Shown piece after piece: positions 1 to 11,779 of a DNA stretch of 64,000 nt. Origin of the DNA: Amphiscolops sp. MND2022 (lineage: Eukaryota); NCBI GenBank assembly GCA_964187785.1, contig OZ076409.1, forward strand, positions 86,244,001-86,308,000, in the 5' to 3' direction. The notes under the pieces are model-generated. The model made no database searches, was not told the DNA's origin, and was given only the letters and a program-made list of their open reading frames with translations. Each line of letters opens with the position of its first letter. Within the stretch, counting starts at the first letter, position 1. The position numbers and the translations under genes are program-made.

Positions 1-241
1 GAATCGATTGTAGATCATTATATTGATTCGCTCGATTTCTTTTCAGTCTTGTTGCGAAGGACGATATTGTTGTATGCGTTCATTTTCGCTGCCTTTTCCT
101 ACGATTCTGGTACGATTCGGTTGTAGGATTTTATTTCTTTCGGAGCGAAGTTTGTTTGTTTCCGGAGAATGTCCCCGTTTTTTGAAAATAAATTCGATGT
201 CAATTCCATTGATTTTATCCATTTTTGACATTCGCGGTACT

Positions 242-1993
242 TTATTCAAGCTTTGTGTTATTTGACGGTTCAATGTTGTTTCGCGGTGAGAAAGTTTGGA
301 TTGAGTCTCTGTTGTTGGTTTGTTCACGTGTTTGTTTTGTGCGATGTGATTGGTCGGATTTTGTTGCCAATTGCTGTCGTTGGATGTGTTGTGTAATACT
401 ACCGTTCGTGCGATTAAACTCGAATAAGCCGTATATCTGATTTATTACGAATTCCTCTTCGGCTTCTTTTTCTTCGTTCTCGCATGATGTTTCCCCTTGG
501 TGTTCAGTGAGTATCGGATGTCGCCTTAGATAGTCCGTTAGTGGAATGTTCTTGCCTGCGGTGTATTGCACATTAACATCGAAATGGCTCAGACGGTCTA
601 ACCACCGTGTGAGTCTTGCACTGTATTGTTTATGGGCTCGATTGCGCTTTAATAATGGTTGTAACGCTTGGTGATCGGTCAGAAGGTTTATTTTTTTTCC
701 GTATACGTAATACCTGAAATATGCGAGGCCCCATAGGACGCCTAATAATTCGAGTTCGTTTATGGCGTTTTTTCTTTCACAATCGGTGAGAAATCTGCTG
801 GCAAAGGCTATTGGCCTGAAGTTTTCATCCTCTTTCTGCCATAGGGTAGCCCCTAGTCCGGTATTACAAGCATCAGTTGTTATGAAATTCTCTTTTTTTG
901 GATCAAAGTGTGCTAAGCATGGTGTTTCCGTTATTTCCTTTTTTAATTGTTCGAAATCGTCATTTATTTCTTTTGTCCATTCCCATTTTGTATCTTTTTT
1001 CAGCAATCTTCTCATTCTGTCTGTTTTTTCGGATAGATTATTCAAAAATTTTGATAAGTGTTGTATCGAGCCCAGAAATGATTTCAATTCCTTGGTGTTT
1101 GTGGGTGCTTTCAATTTCGTTATCGCTTCTGTTTTATCTTTAATTGGTTTTACCCCGTTTTGGTTTATTTCGTATCCCAACCAGGTTAGTTCTTTTTTAA
1201 ACAGTTCTGTTTTTTTCTAGCTCGCTCGGTAACCGTTTTCTTGTAGTTTCGACAGTATTTCGCGTAACTCTTCTTCGTGTTCCTCTATTGTTCCGTTGGT
1301 GACACAAATGATGTCATCTAGCCAGACTGGTGTTTTGAATTCTAGGACTTTATCGATGTGTTCTTGAAACACGGTGGGAATATCCGATAGTCCGTAAAAT
1401 CCCTTTTTAAATCGGTAGAGTCCGGTAAAGTCACCGCCGATAATTGAAAACACGCAGTGACGTGACGCTTCTGGGGATAGTTTTGCCTGTCCATATGCAT
1501 AATCTAGGTCGATTTTGGACATCCATATCTCGCCATTGTTTTTTGTGTTTTTTGCGGATATTTTGCTGATTAGTTCTTCCATGTTTGGCATTGTTGCCTT
1601 TCTTTTTATGCAAGATTCGTTTAGTTTCCTTGAATCTAGTGCGATTTTTACTGATTTATCTTTTTTGATCGTTATAACCGCGGGTGAGACGAAGCAATTT
1701 TCGGTCGTTTTATCGGCTTTTTCCAGGTGTCCTTTTTCAAATAATTTTTTTAACTCGTTTTTTACGATGTTTTGGAAGTGTATGGGTACCGGTCTCCCTT
1801 TTTGTTGAATAGGTTTTGTGTCTTTTTTCAACTGAATGTCTATTGTCAGGTCTTTTATTGTGTGGTTGTTTTTGAAAAGGTTTTCAAATTCTTTGAAAAT
1901 TTTCTCACCTTTTTCGCTTGCAGTTATGTTTCGGATGATATTTGTTTCCAGATTTCCTTGTAATCCGATTTCCAGCTTGTCTAGCCAGTCCAA
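242..1993 (-). pseudogene. pol: Reverse transcriptase-RNase H part of pol (disrupted)
   Basis: ORFs 1217-1993 (RT) and 242-1180 (RT thumb/RNase H) are in one frame separated by a TAG. Confidence 0.9.
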
Positions 1994-3299
1994 TCTGAGA
2001 AGGGGTTGTGTGTTTTTGTTTTCCGTAATTAGGATGGGTAGTACTGTTTTTGTTTTTTTCCGTTTTGACTTCTACCATCGCTTCCCCTTGGAATTTGATT
2101 GGATTTTTGTTTACATCAACGAAACATTTTGAGGTCGCTTTGATTTCTTTTGGGTTGATAATTTGCGGGATTATCGTCACTGGAGAGCCTGTGTCAATAA
2201 TGAATTCTATTGGTTGTCCATGGACCAATAGGATTGTTTTGTAGAAATCCACTCGATTAATACCGTTGACGGACTGGATGTGGTCAATTTCTGGCCATGG
2301 TTCGGTGTTGCTGCCCGAGGATACTGCTTCGGTTATCCGGCTGACGGTCTTAGATTTGCAAACTTTGGCAAAGTGCCCCATCGTTTTGCAGTTGTTGCAT
2401 TGTGATCTCCGAGCCGGGCAAACGTGTTCCATAGACCAGTTTGGTTTCCCGCAGAAGCGGCAATTTTTGTTTGAAAGTTTTCGTTTCTCGTTGAAATGTG
2501 TTTTTCGCTTCCGTAGTTGGTTAGTATGGCCGACTTGTTCAGACGATGTTGAACTGCTTGTGGATTCTCTTTTGGCTTTTTTGATTTTGGGTTTTTTGTC
2601 TCCGTATTTTCTGTTGTAGTTGTCTAGTTCTATGGTTTCCAATACCAATTGTATTTTCAGTGGGCCTTTTATGAATTTATCACGGGCTCTTTTGTCCTTT
2701 ATGGTGGCTGCGAACTTGTATGTGATGATTTCTTCCGGTGTGACGTTGTTGAAATCACACTTTCTTTCGATGTCCACCAGCCTTTTCCAATATTCGTCCA
2801 GGGTCTCGTTTTCCTCCTGTTTCATGTTGAAAAATTGTGCCCTGCTGTGGAATACATTTCTCGCTGGGAGGAAGGTTTTTTTGAATAAGGTCAGTAGTTC
2901 TGGTAATTTGACATCTTTTAACTCTCGGCCCCACTGACCTCTCATAATTTCATGCTTGGCCTTTGGGCCCAGTGCCCAGATAACGTCACCTTTTATGTGG
3001 TAAGCTGTATGTTGGTCCATGTACTCGATCCCCTCTTCGGCAATCTCGTCTAGATTTCGGTCGTAAGTCGGATGGATATATTCCGATATTTGCTCCCACC
3101 ACATCTTGGGATTAATCTTGGTGAGATCGGTGTCTCTGTCTGATAAGATTGGGATCTTGTACTTACTTTTTTCGGTTCTCTCGGCCATTGTTTGGTTGTT
3201 TATTGTTCTTGTTGACTGTTCCGATGTCATCGGTTCACCTTCCATTGGGTTGGGGTCGGTGTTGTTGATTTCGGTATTGTTGATTTCCAGCATGTTCAA
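1905..3299 (-). pseudogene. gag: gag-protease ORF, frameshifted into RT
   Basis: 464-aa ORF with gag-like helical region, two Cys/His knuckles and DTG protease motif. Confidence 0.9.
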
Positions 3300-3300
3300 A

Positions 3301-3315
3301 TTGCTGACTGCGCCA
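3301..3315 (-). promoter_or_regulatory. Primer binding site TGGCGCAGTCAGCAA (tRNA-Ser-like)
   Basis: TGG directly after the LTR terminal CA; same 12-mer at 49406 in a related element; TGGCGCAGTC matches the known tRNA-Ser PBS type. Confidence 0.8.
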
Positions 3316-3521
3316 TGTTGTAGACTCGTGGAAAAGATAGAATTAAGAAGATCAAATTAAGAAGATAGCGTTATCAATAGTGTATAGTACTAGAGTATCA
3401 GTATCTATCCGTATAGCATCGTAGGCAATAACTAAATGGTGGGGATGTACTTTATAGTTCATAGGCAGGTACTTGAATGTTCAATTAAGTCTGTCTAGAC
3501 TATATAACTTTCACCTCTACA
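3316..3521 (-). repeat. 5' LTR of the left Gypsy element (outer boundary approximate)
   Basis: On the minus strand ends ...TACAACA immediately before the PBS; outer end set at TGTAG (3521); partner LTR is outside the window. Confidence 0.65.
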
Positions 3522-3975
3522 ATAAAAAAATTCGGAAATTTTTTTGAAAAACTTTCGAAAAAACGAAAAATGAGAATTTTGAAACAGTCTCACAGTGCCA
3601 AAAACTAGAGAGGGGGGACCTTTGGGCTTTTTGAAACTTCAGTTTGCTGCAAAATATCAAAACACTTGAAGGGGGGACCGTTTGGCGACAAAAGAAAATT
3701 CGAAAAAAAAGTCGCACAGTGCCGAAAAAAATTCAAAGGGGGGACCCTGTAGTCCCGTCCGGTTTTGTATCTTACGTTAAAAATTGAATACACGAAAGGG
3801 GGGACCCTTTGCAGTAACTCAGATGTGATTCCGTTTGCCGGTTCAGTACTTTTAGTAGTTCTGTAAAAAGTGTCCACTACGCATACATTCTGTTTTCTGA
3901 CGAAAAAAAAAAGAAAAAAAACTTGCCACTGTAATAGTCGGGCTCATTTTGATAAAATGCGCCGACTAAAAATGG
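3522..3975. repeat. Dispersed repeat family with recurrent CACAGTGCCGAAAA / GGGGGACCCTTTGG subunits
   Basis: Internal subunit repetition; related sequence at ~59866-60040 (shared ...CAGTTTGCTGCAAAATATCAAAA...) and fragments at ~57530-57600 and ~60430-60770. Confidence 0.65.
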
Positions 3976-4379
3976 AAATCCAGCTATAATCAATGAACGA
4001 AATGCATTCACATGTATTCGTCAAAAAACTTTCGATTTTGAGAAGGGAAGAAACTGTCAAATATTGGTGCCAACAGTTCAATTTGTTCCGCAACTTTTTA
4101 TTACAGAATTTCAATCTTACCCTTGCCCGTGGATAGCAATACCGAAAGAGATTTACATCTAATTTTTTGTATGATTTCAACAATGTCAAATTAGTTCGAA
4201 TCCAAAGAAAAACACTCGCAGTTTTTAGACGGTTGTAAAATTACCACAGATCGGAAACTGTCACAGGGAGCCACATAGTCAATTATACAATTAGTCTGGA
4301 TCATATAGCCCAGAAAACCCTTGTGGAACAATACAAAATTATTGAAACTACACACGCCCTCATTTTATTATTTTCCGCC

Positions 4380-7300
4380 CTTATTTCATATGGGAAAGAA
4401 AAATATTTGAATCAAACGGTTTTTTTTTACAAAATTTGCCAAGCACCAAATTTATATTTAACTTCATGGGTGTCACCCATAGAATTCAACTTACATCAAC
4501 TTAGCTTCGTGCGATTTGTAATAGTGGAGATTTCTGGGCTTTTTTAGTTGACCCCAAGGACCCCAGAATAACCCAAAAATGACCCCAAAAATAGTAAAAA
4601 CTGCAAAATTTCCAACAGTTGCAATTTTGTCAACTTTTCGATAGATGTCGTGGATTAGAATGTTGAGAAGGTTCAAACGGGCAGGACTTCAATGTCCAAT
4701 AGTCGTTTATGAAGGTATAAATGCGGTTTATTCGGAAAGACAAACGCCCAACAATGACAAAAAACAAAAATTTTCCAATTTTCAAAATTTTTATGAATTT
4801 TTTGTTAAAGTTTCGACAAATTTCGTGGATTGAAATGTTTTAATGGGTCAACAAGGAAAACAACGGTTGTCCAGTAGTCTTTATTGAAGAAATAAAGTCA
4901 TCTTTTTGACTGGAAATGTCTCAAATTGACACCGAAAATGACAAAATCCCAAAATTTTCCAATTTTTAAAGATTTTTTCCATTTTCCCCCAAATTTCGGA
5001 CAGACTTCGTCAACTGGAACGGTAAAAAGGGTCAAAAGGGAAAAATGTGTTGTCCAGGATGCTTATGAGAGGGATAAATGTAATTTTTCAAACGGAAACT
5101 GTCCAGAATTGACGTCGGAAAAGACAAAATTTCAAAATTTTCCGATTTTCACTAAAGTTTTTCAATTTTTGTCGGAATTTCGATAAAATTCGCAGACTAG
5201 AATGGTGAAACGCTTAAGGCGTGGGCAAACGTGTTCATTCCGTGAGCTTTCGTTACGAGATAAGTTCAATTTGGAAAAGAAAATAGCCTCAAATTGACCC
5301 TGAACTGTCAGAAACTGAAGTTTTTGTCGTTTTCCATACATTTTCTGTACACTTTCCAAAAGATTCTGTTCTACCTTCCAAAACAATCAACTCAACAACA
5401 GGAAAACGAGCTTTGCATTACATTGTTTGAAGAGAAAACACTTCAGAATGACTCCAAAGTAGTTTTCCATATCTTCGTTTTTGTGCAACTTGTGAAATTT
5501 TTGAGTCAATTTGAATCAGAATGTTGGCAAACGTTCAACAAAGACAGAATTCATAATCCAGTAGGCATTTAAAGGAATAATTGCAGACTTCTGTTGGAGA
5601 ATGGCTTAAGTTTGAGTCGCATAGAGCGAGAAAGTAACGAAAAGTGACCAGCTATCGCAAAAGTTATAAAATAGGGGTTCCTTTGAAATGGGCTAAAATG
5701 AATCAAAGCTTTCCTTTCTTCGAACTTCTTTGCGTTTTTGTATACATTATTTATTCTCGAGCCTGAAATTTATTTAGTTGTGGAACATTTTGGGGCGTAA
5801 AATATCTCGCTGCTCAGCGGGAGTCTTCTTTATACATTTCTGCGGTTTTATAGTCAAATCATTCAGTTTTCTTCATTAAAATTCCGAATGTAGAAACCTT
5901 TACAAAGCCAAAACATTAAAAATAAATCACTAAAACGTATTCCGAGTTACCAGCACTTACTCTAACAAGCCATGTATCCCAGCCTGAATTTTCGGCCAAG
6001 TTGGCAGCACTTTGAAGTGCACTTTTTCCTCATTTTTTAAAAACACATTTTGGTAGTCGCAAAGGCCAATTTTCCTCGAAGCTTGAAAAACCAAAATTCA
6101 CCGATTGGCGTCGTAATGAGGCTGCCGCATGTGACAGAAATCTCTATTCTGTCTCCTACAAATACCAAACAGCCCTCTCGGGGAAAATCCTCTTGAACTA
6201 AAACTTCCATATGGAACTAAATGAACTAGAACTGTTATGATCACTTCAATTTAGATAATTTTGTGAACTTTGTTATATTCACTAGTCATGTAAAATTATT
6301 AGACACGCAAGCAAGAAAACAGACTAGCAATTGGAAACGCAAGCAAGAAAAAAAGATATATTTATTTATAGAATTGATTATACAATGCAGGTACGGTTGC
6401 TAAGTTCTAAATGTTGCTGAATTTTAGAACAAAGAGCCATGTGAGGAATTTTGTAGGGACATTTGCATTTGTTTGTTGGAATTGGCTTGAAAACACCCAA
6501 AAGTCCGTGAAACAACAAAGAAGCACCTTGTTTGACAAACTTATCCCAGATTTTGTTCAGAGCACGAAACTTTTCAAAGAATAGAACTTCCAATGACCTG
6601 AGCGTCGAAACAATCAAGTATTCGAAACGCAATAGGGGAAAAAGGGTGATGAAGTTCATCGAGTTTACAACGAAAGTTTCAAAGTTTCCGAACTTTCGTT
6701 AGTTTCGACAACAAAGTCCCGATTTTTGACCCTTCCCGAAAATATATTACAATCAGAAAAACCAAAGGGTCAAGATTGAAATGAATAGCTATCGGTAGTG
6801 TTTCGAAAAGATATCAGACAAGTTTATTTGCCCGACTTTCAAAAATTTTACTTGAAGACGTAAATTTCGACCTCTTTTATCCAATATTTGATATTCGAAA
6901 ACCTCCTAGTAAAATCACTAGACATGGTGTACACCTTCCTAAGGAAGCTGTTTCGAGCTACTTCGTCAGTTAGAATGGTGTAAACATTCTACAACAGCTA
7001 AATTCGGTGTTCATTTGGCCTAACTTAGATGAGACATCTGTATATTCATGTTAGAAAAGTTTCTCAAATTGACCTCAAAAGTTTTCCAGAAAAATTTCAA
7101 TTTTTAACAATCCGGTGAAACTATATTCAATATTATAACAACTCCGGATCGCTGAACTTCCCTAAATTTCAAAAGACCTAGTTTCAAGCGTTTACCATTT
7201 TCTCCGTGCCAAAAATTACCTCAAGAAAATTGCCTGAGACGAGGAAACCACTTTTTGCCCATTAGGAATCACAAAAAATCCATTTATTGGTATTTTCTGA

Positions 7301-7860
7301 TGAAGTTCTCGGATGTCGAAACGCGTTTCAGCTCGCAAAACTACATGTCTCAAGCCGAAATCAGCTATGAAAGCAACGGGGTACTTTTTGACCATATTTC
7401 GGAAAGTTTCGGAAAGACGCACAGAGTCGAAAAACTGAAATGAGGTAATTTCTACAATCAAAAAGAAACTTCGTCATTTCGATATGATCAAACGTAACAA
7501 AGAAGATACCCTCTAGACTCGGGAAACCTATTTCTTTTACAGAAAACCTCAAAACTTTAAAATTGCGAGATGTGTTTTTCAAAAATTATTTTCAACAAAA
7601 ATTATTGAAAAGTTTCTCTAACTGGTCGAGTCATAGTGCCAAAACAACGAAAAGTTACCAGCTATCTCAAAAATTATAAGTTATGGGGTCTTTTAAAATG
7701 GGCTAAAATGAATCAAAGCTTTCCTTTCTTCGAACTTTTTGCGTTTTTATAGTGCATTGGCTATTCTTGAGCCTCAAATTTATCTAGTTGTAGGACCGTT
7801 TGGGGCGGAAAACCTCTCGCTGCTCAGCGGGCGTCTTATTTATACATTTCTGCCGTTCTG
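4380..7860 (+). repeat. Long non-coding AT-rich dispersed repeat; diverged inverted copy at ~41990-45175
   Basis: 4381-4560 is the reverse complement of ~44990-45173; ~6490-6660 of ~43160-43330; ~7650-7836 of ~41997-42190. Confidence 0.75.
4560..5400 (+). repeat. Degenerate ~180-bp tandem repeat (about 5 units)
   Basis: Motif like CAAATTGACxCCGAAAATGACAAAA...TTTTCCAATTTT recurs near 4578, 4745, 4921, 5105 and 5290; mirrored at ~44000-45000. Confidence 0.55.
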
Positions 7861-8410
7861 TAGTCAAATCACACAGTTTTATTTATTCGATGTTGTGCAT
7901 CTCATGGTGACAAAGACTCCTGGAGATTCGAAGAAAAAATGATCTAATCAGAACCAAAAATTCCGAATGTAGAAACCTTTACAAAGGCAAAACATTACCA
8001 ATAAATAACTAAAACTTATTCCGAGTTACCAGCACTTACTCTAACAAGCCATGTATCCCATGCTGATTCTTCGACCAAATTGGCAGCACTTTGAAGTGCA
8101 CTTTTTCCTCATTTCTTGAAAACACACTTTGATAGTCGCAAAAGCCAATTTTCCTCAATGCATGAAAACCAAAATTCACCTATTGGCGTCGTAATGAGGC
8201 TGCCGCATGTGATGGAAATCTCTATTTTCTCTCCTACGAATACCAAACAGCCCTCCCGGGGAAAATCCTCTTGAACTAAAACCTCCATATGGAACCAAAT
8301 GAACTAGAACTGTTATGATGACTACAATTTAGACAATTTTGTGAACTTTGTAATATTCACTACTCATGTAAAATTATTAGATACACAAGCAAGATAACAG
8401 ACTAACAATT
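5620..8410 (+). repeat. Direct repeat pair of ~0.7 kb (5620-6335 and 7630-8410)
   Basis: Shared strings such as GGGCTAAAATGAATCAAAGCTTTCCTTTCTTCGAACTT and CCGAGTTACCAGCACTTACTCTAACAAGCCATGTATCCC. Confidence 0.85.
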
Positions 8411-8561
8411 GCTCGCCATCGCGCAAACTTATGTGAAAATAACACCGATTTCATGATAAATTACAATTTTTGCATCTGTTATCGTTGTAGAGTATCTGAT
8501 GGAACGTTTTCAGAAGTGGCCGCAACAAGAAAGCAGACGAAACCAAAAGCTAGACGACTCG

Positions 8562-10545
8562 TGTCGCGTTATGACTAACGCTTAATCAAAAATTTGAAAG
8601 CGACTGCAACAATAAAGCGCTTAACAAACACCCGTTTTAATAAAAAGCTCAACAATCATCCCGGGGCTACTCTTCCGTTCCTATACAAAATGCACCTGCA
8701 TAAATACAAAGCATAGTAAACATCTTAGTGCTACAGTGCTGTTTATGATTGAAAAACACCTGAATTAATAAAATACTCAACAATTGTCCCCTGGTTTCAG
8801 TGCAGTTTGTATTCAAAAAACACCTGCAAAAACAAAGCAGGAAATTTAGCTAACCTGGAGAGAGGGGGATGAAGAATAATAATTGATGAAGGCGGCGAGC
8901 GTATAATAAATCTGTCGCCAAAAGAAAAGAATAATAAGGAGTACTGAAACCGTGGGATTGAACAAATGAAAAATTCTACTATTGACCGCGGAGATTCAAA
9001 ATCTAAAGCTAAGCTCTGATTGGCTGAATGCAAAACTGGCCACCCAGGCACTTCGGCAGAAGTACTGAACTGTTTTTATACGGCGTGCACAGGCTGGAGC
9101 TTCATTCTCCTCGCCAACCGGCAAAGCTTCAACTTAAAGAAGCTCTCTCCTTTCCTCGCTTCTCTTCTTCAACTTGCTCCAACTCTACTTATCTTCTCTT
9201 CGCTAAATTCTTGAATTATCTTCCCCTTGGACTAAAAAATTCTATCTTCCTTTCTTCCCCTTGGACTAAAATCTTCTATCTTCCTTTCTTCCCCTCTTTT
9301 GCTTTGGCTCTCAAATTTGCTAAGTCACATCCCTCTTGGTTGAATTTTCTATCTTAGAAAATTCACCTCAATCCAACAACAGCCACCCCCGTCTGTTGAG
9401 TGAAAAAATAACTTAGTTTCTTTTTGTGGAGATTTCTGATTCTCCCTTTTCTAACTCAATTCTACCTTAGTAAAGTTCCCCTGATTTTACTCAGTGGTTG
9501 TTTAATTTCTATCTTAGAAAAATTCCACTGATTCTACTCAGTGGTTGTTTAATTTCTATCTTAGAAAAATTTCACTGATTTTACTCAGTGGTTGTTTAAT
9601 TTCTATCTTAGAAAAATTCCACTGATTCTACTCAGTGGTTGTTTAATTTCTATCTTAGAAAATTTCCACTGGTTTTACTCAGTGGTTGTTTAAAATCTAT
9701 CTTAGAAAAGTTCCACTGATTTTACTCAGTGATTGTTTAAATTCTATCTTAGTCTAATTCCGCTGATTTCATTCAGTGGTTATTTAAATTCTATCTTAGA
9801 AAAATTCCACTGATTTTATTCAGTGGTCGTTTAAATTCTATCTTAAAATAATTCCGCTGATTTCACTCAGCGGTTGTTTAAATTCTATCTTGGAATAATT
9901 CCACTGATTTTACTCAGTGGTTGTTAAAACTCTATCTTAGAATAATTCCACTGATTTTAATCAGTGGTTGTTTAAATTCTATCTTAGTATAATTCCGCTG
10001 ATTTCATTCAGCGAGTGTTTAAACTTCTATCTTAGAATAATTCCACTGATTCTACTCAGTGGTTGTTAAAATTCTATTTTAGAATAATTCCGCTGATTTC
10101 ACTCAGCGGTTGGTTAAATTTTAACTTAGAATAATTCCATTGATTTCAGTCCGCGGTTATCCCAAAGTTTAACTTAGAGTATTTTCCGCAGAACAATTCC
10201 ACTTCTGTATTTATGTCGGTTTGCTTGATGTAATTCAAAATATTTATTTCCCATACTTTTCCCCTTTCCAGATAGCTCATTTACATACACTGCCTTGCAC
10301 TTACTCACGCAACTTCCTTTGTTCGCACGTACACGCAAGGCACTTCCTTTCAAGTATTGCACGGAGTAAGCTTTGAGACTTTCTTACTCATTTACGATCA
10401 ATATTAGAATAGCCACCTGAAAATACTTTGCATAATGCTACGTAAGCTGAACTGACTAATACTGATAACAATCGAACAGTCCCTTGAAAAGAAAAGGGAG
10501 CAAACAGGAAATAGTAAATAGTAAAATCTATCCATGCGTGCGACA
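8562..10545 (+). mobile_element. Solo LTR (~2 kb) of the non-autonomous element, 4-bp TSD CTCG
   Basis: Begins TGTCGC, ends GCGACA; CTCG at 8558-8561 and 10546-10549; near-identical to LTR 14396-16397. Confidence 0.9.
9462..10160 (+). repeat. 47-bp tandem array (~15 units) inside the LTR, each unit with a 7-bp stem-loop
   Basis: Unit TTCTATCTTAGAAAAATTCCACTGATTCTACTCAGTGGTTGTTTAAT; ATCTTAG at 9511 and 9558 gives period 47. Confidence 0.95.
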
Positions 10546-11498
10546 CTCGGATGATAAAAACATAGGCAGTAATTGTCATACAGTTTATCCGATCAAAAGG
10601 ACCTTTATCGAAATTCGGTCGCAGACTACCTGCTTGTGCTTGTCAACAAAAACTATGGATATAAAAAATTGTTACATAATTTTGAGTTCTACTACATTTA
10701 GATTTCAGATACCAAGCTTAATTGAAAGTTCTAGAGCCTATCTTATCGTGAGAATACAACAGTAACAACATAAACAACTTAGATGAATCCCAAACCTTGG
10801 CGAATTCGTGAGTTGGACGCGAGCAAAATTGGGAAACTATTTGTCGCAAGCTGCGGCCTGTGATGGAATATTCTATCAGATACCAGGAAATGGCGCTCTT
10901 AACCCTCCACTAGGGGTCTTACCAATCTAATCAACAATGGACCATGAGTACGAACGCCTACAAACAATATATGTTACTGTTGCATTGTAATTAACTTCAC
11001 ACATATTCGACCTTAAGTCGATTTGGCTACAACAAACTTTTGTATTAATTAAACGGATTACTAGTCACTTTTAATATAATTTATTATTAGTTTTACCTGT
11101 GTTTGAAATAATTGTCGAGGATTGGCAAATTGTTGTAATGTTAGAATATAAAAGGTACTATAATTTAATACTTGAATTGAAACGCACAAGTAAGCAGGTT
11201 ACAGGAAACGAGTTCAAATGAGCGTTTCCTGTAGCTTGCTGTACGCGGCGTCGTCCAATACATTGACCAATCACAGCGCTGTATTTATGTACATTTAGTG
11301 TAGACGCACGGACCGGTGGTCCGCCTTATTATTGTTTGCTGTTGCCATTAAACAGCTGTGCTTAGTGCTGTAGACGCATGGACCGGTGGTCCGCTATAGT
11401 GTTTTTGATTTAAATTGGTACTTACAAATAGAATAAAGTGTTTAGACGTGATTTAGATCCAATTTAGTGTTGTTTGTCAATACATTACCAGTCTACTT
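10546..11498 (+). repeat. Duplicated flank segment (copy of 16398-17348), including a 5' fragment (10842-11498) of the large element's LTR
   Basis: Near-identical to 16398-17348; contains CTATT followed by TGTCGCAAGCTG as at 16689-16705. Confidence 0.9.
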
Positions 11499-11747
11499 CC
11501 TTTTGTAGCAACTTCCTTTGTTCGCACGTACACGCAAGGCACTTCCTTTCTAGTATTGCACGGAGTAAGCTTTGAGACTTTCTTACTCATTTACGAAAAA
11601 TAATAGAATAGCCACCTGAAAGTACTTTGAATAATGCTACGTAAGCTGAACTGACTAATACTGATAACAATCGAACAGTTCCTTGAAAAGAAAAGGGACC
11701 AAACAGGAAATAGTAAAAGGTAAAATCTATCCATGCGTGCGACAAAC

Positions 11748-11764
11748 TGGTGCGACCAGTGAGG
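11748..11764 (+). promoter_or_regulatory. Primer binding site TGGTGCGACCAGTGAGG (tRNA isotype not assigned)
   Basis: TGG 3 nt after the LTR end; complement resembles a tRNA 3' end ...CCTCAC...GCACCA. Confidence 0.7.
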
Positions 11765-11779
11765 CAGTTTCTTCAGTAA

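Larger units (their letters stand above)
1..3521 (-). mobile_element. Ty3/Gypsy LTR retrotransposon, 5' part (LTR-PBS-gag-PR-RT-RNaseH), degenerate; continues off the left edge
   Basis: Minus-strand ORFs with CCHC knuckle (CNNCKTMGHFAKVC), aspartic protease (FIIDTGS), RT (KIDLDYAY...WLDD) and RNase H (TTDAC...ELELLG...TDH); PR-RT-RH order with no integrase before RT; frameshift and stop codon break pol. Confidence 0.95.

Noticed and set aside
3944..8500. Short Phe/Lys-rich ORFs in AT-rich repeats (also 40700-47300 and 55300-56900)
   Set aside because: Compositional artefacts with no domains and no frame conservation between repeat copies
9462..10160. CRISPR array (regular palindromic repeats)
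   Set aside because: No unique spacers: the whole 47-bp unit repeats. No cas genes, eukaryotic context, and it sits inside an LTR
8562..11498. A single 2.9-kb LTR (8562-11498 matching 14396-17348)
   Set aside because: The LTR ends at GCGACA 10545/16397 with the CTCG TSD; the rest is duplicated flank plus part of another element's LTR
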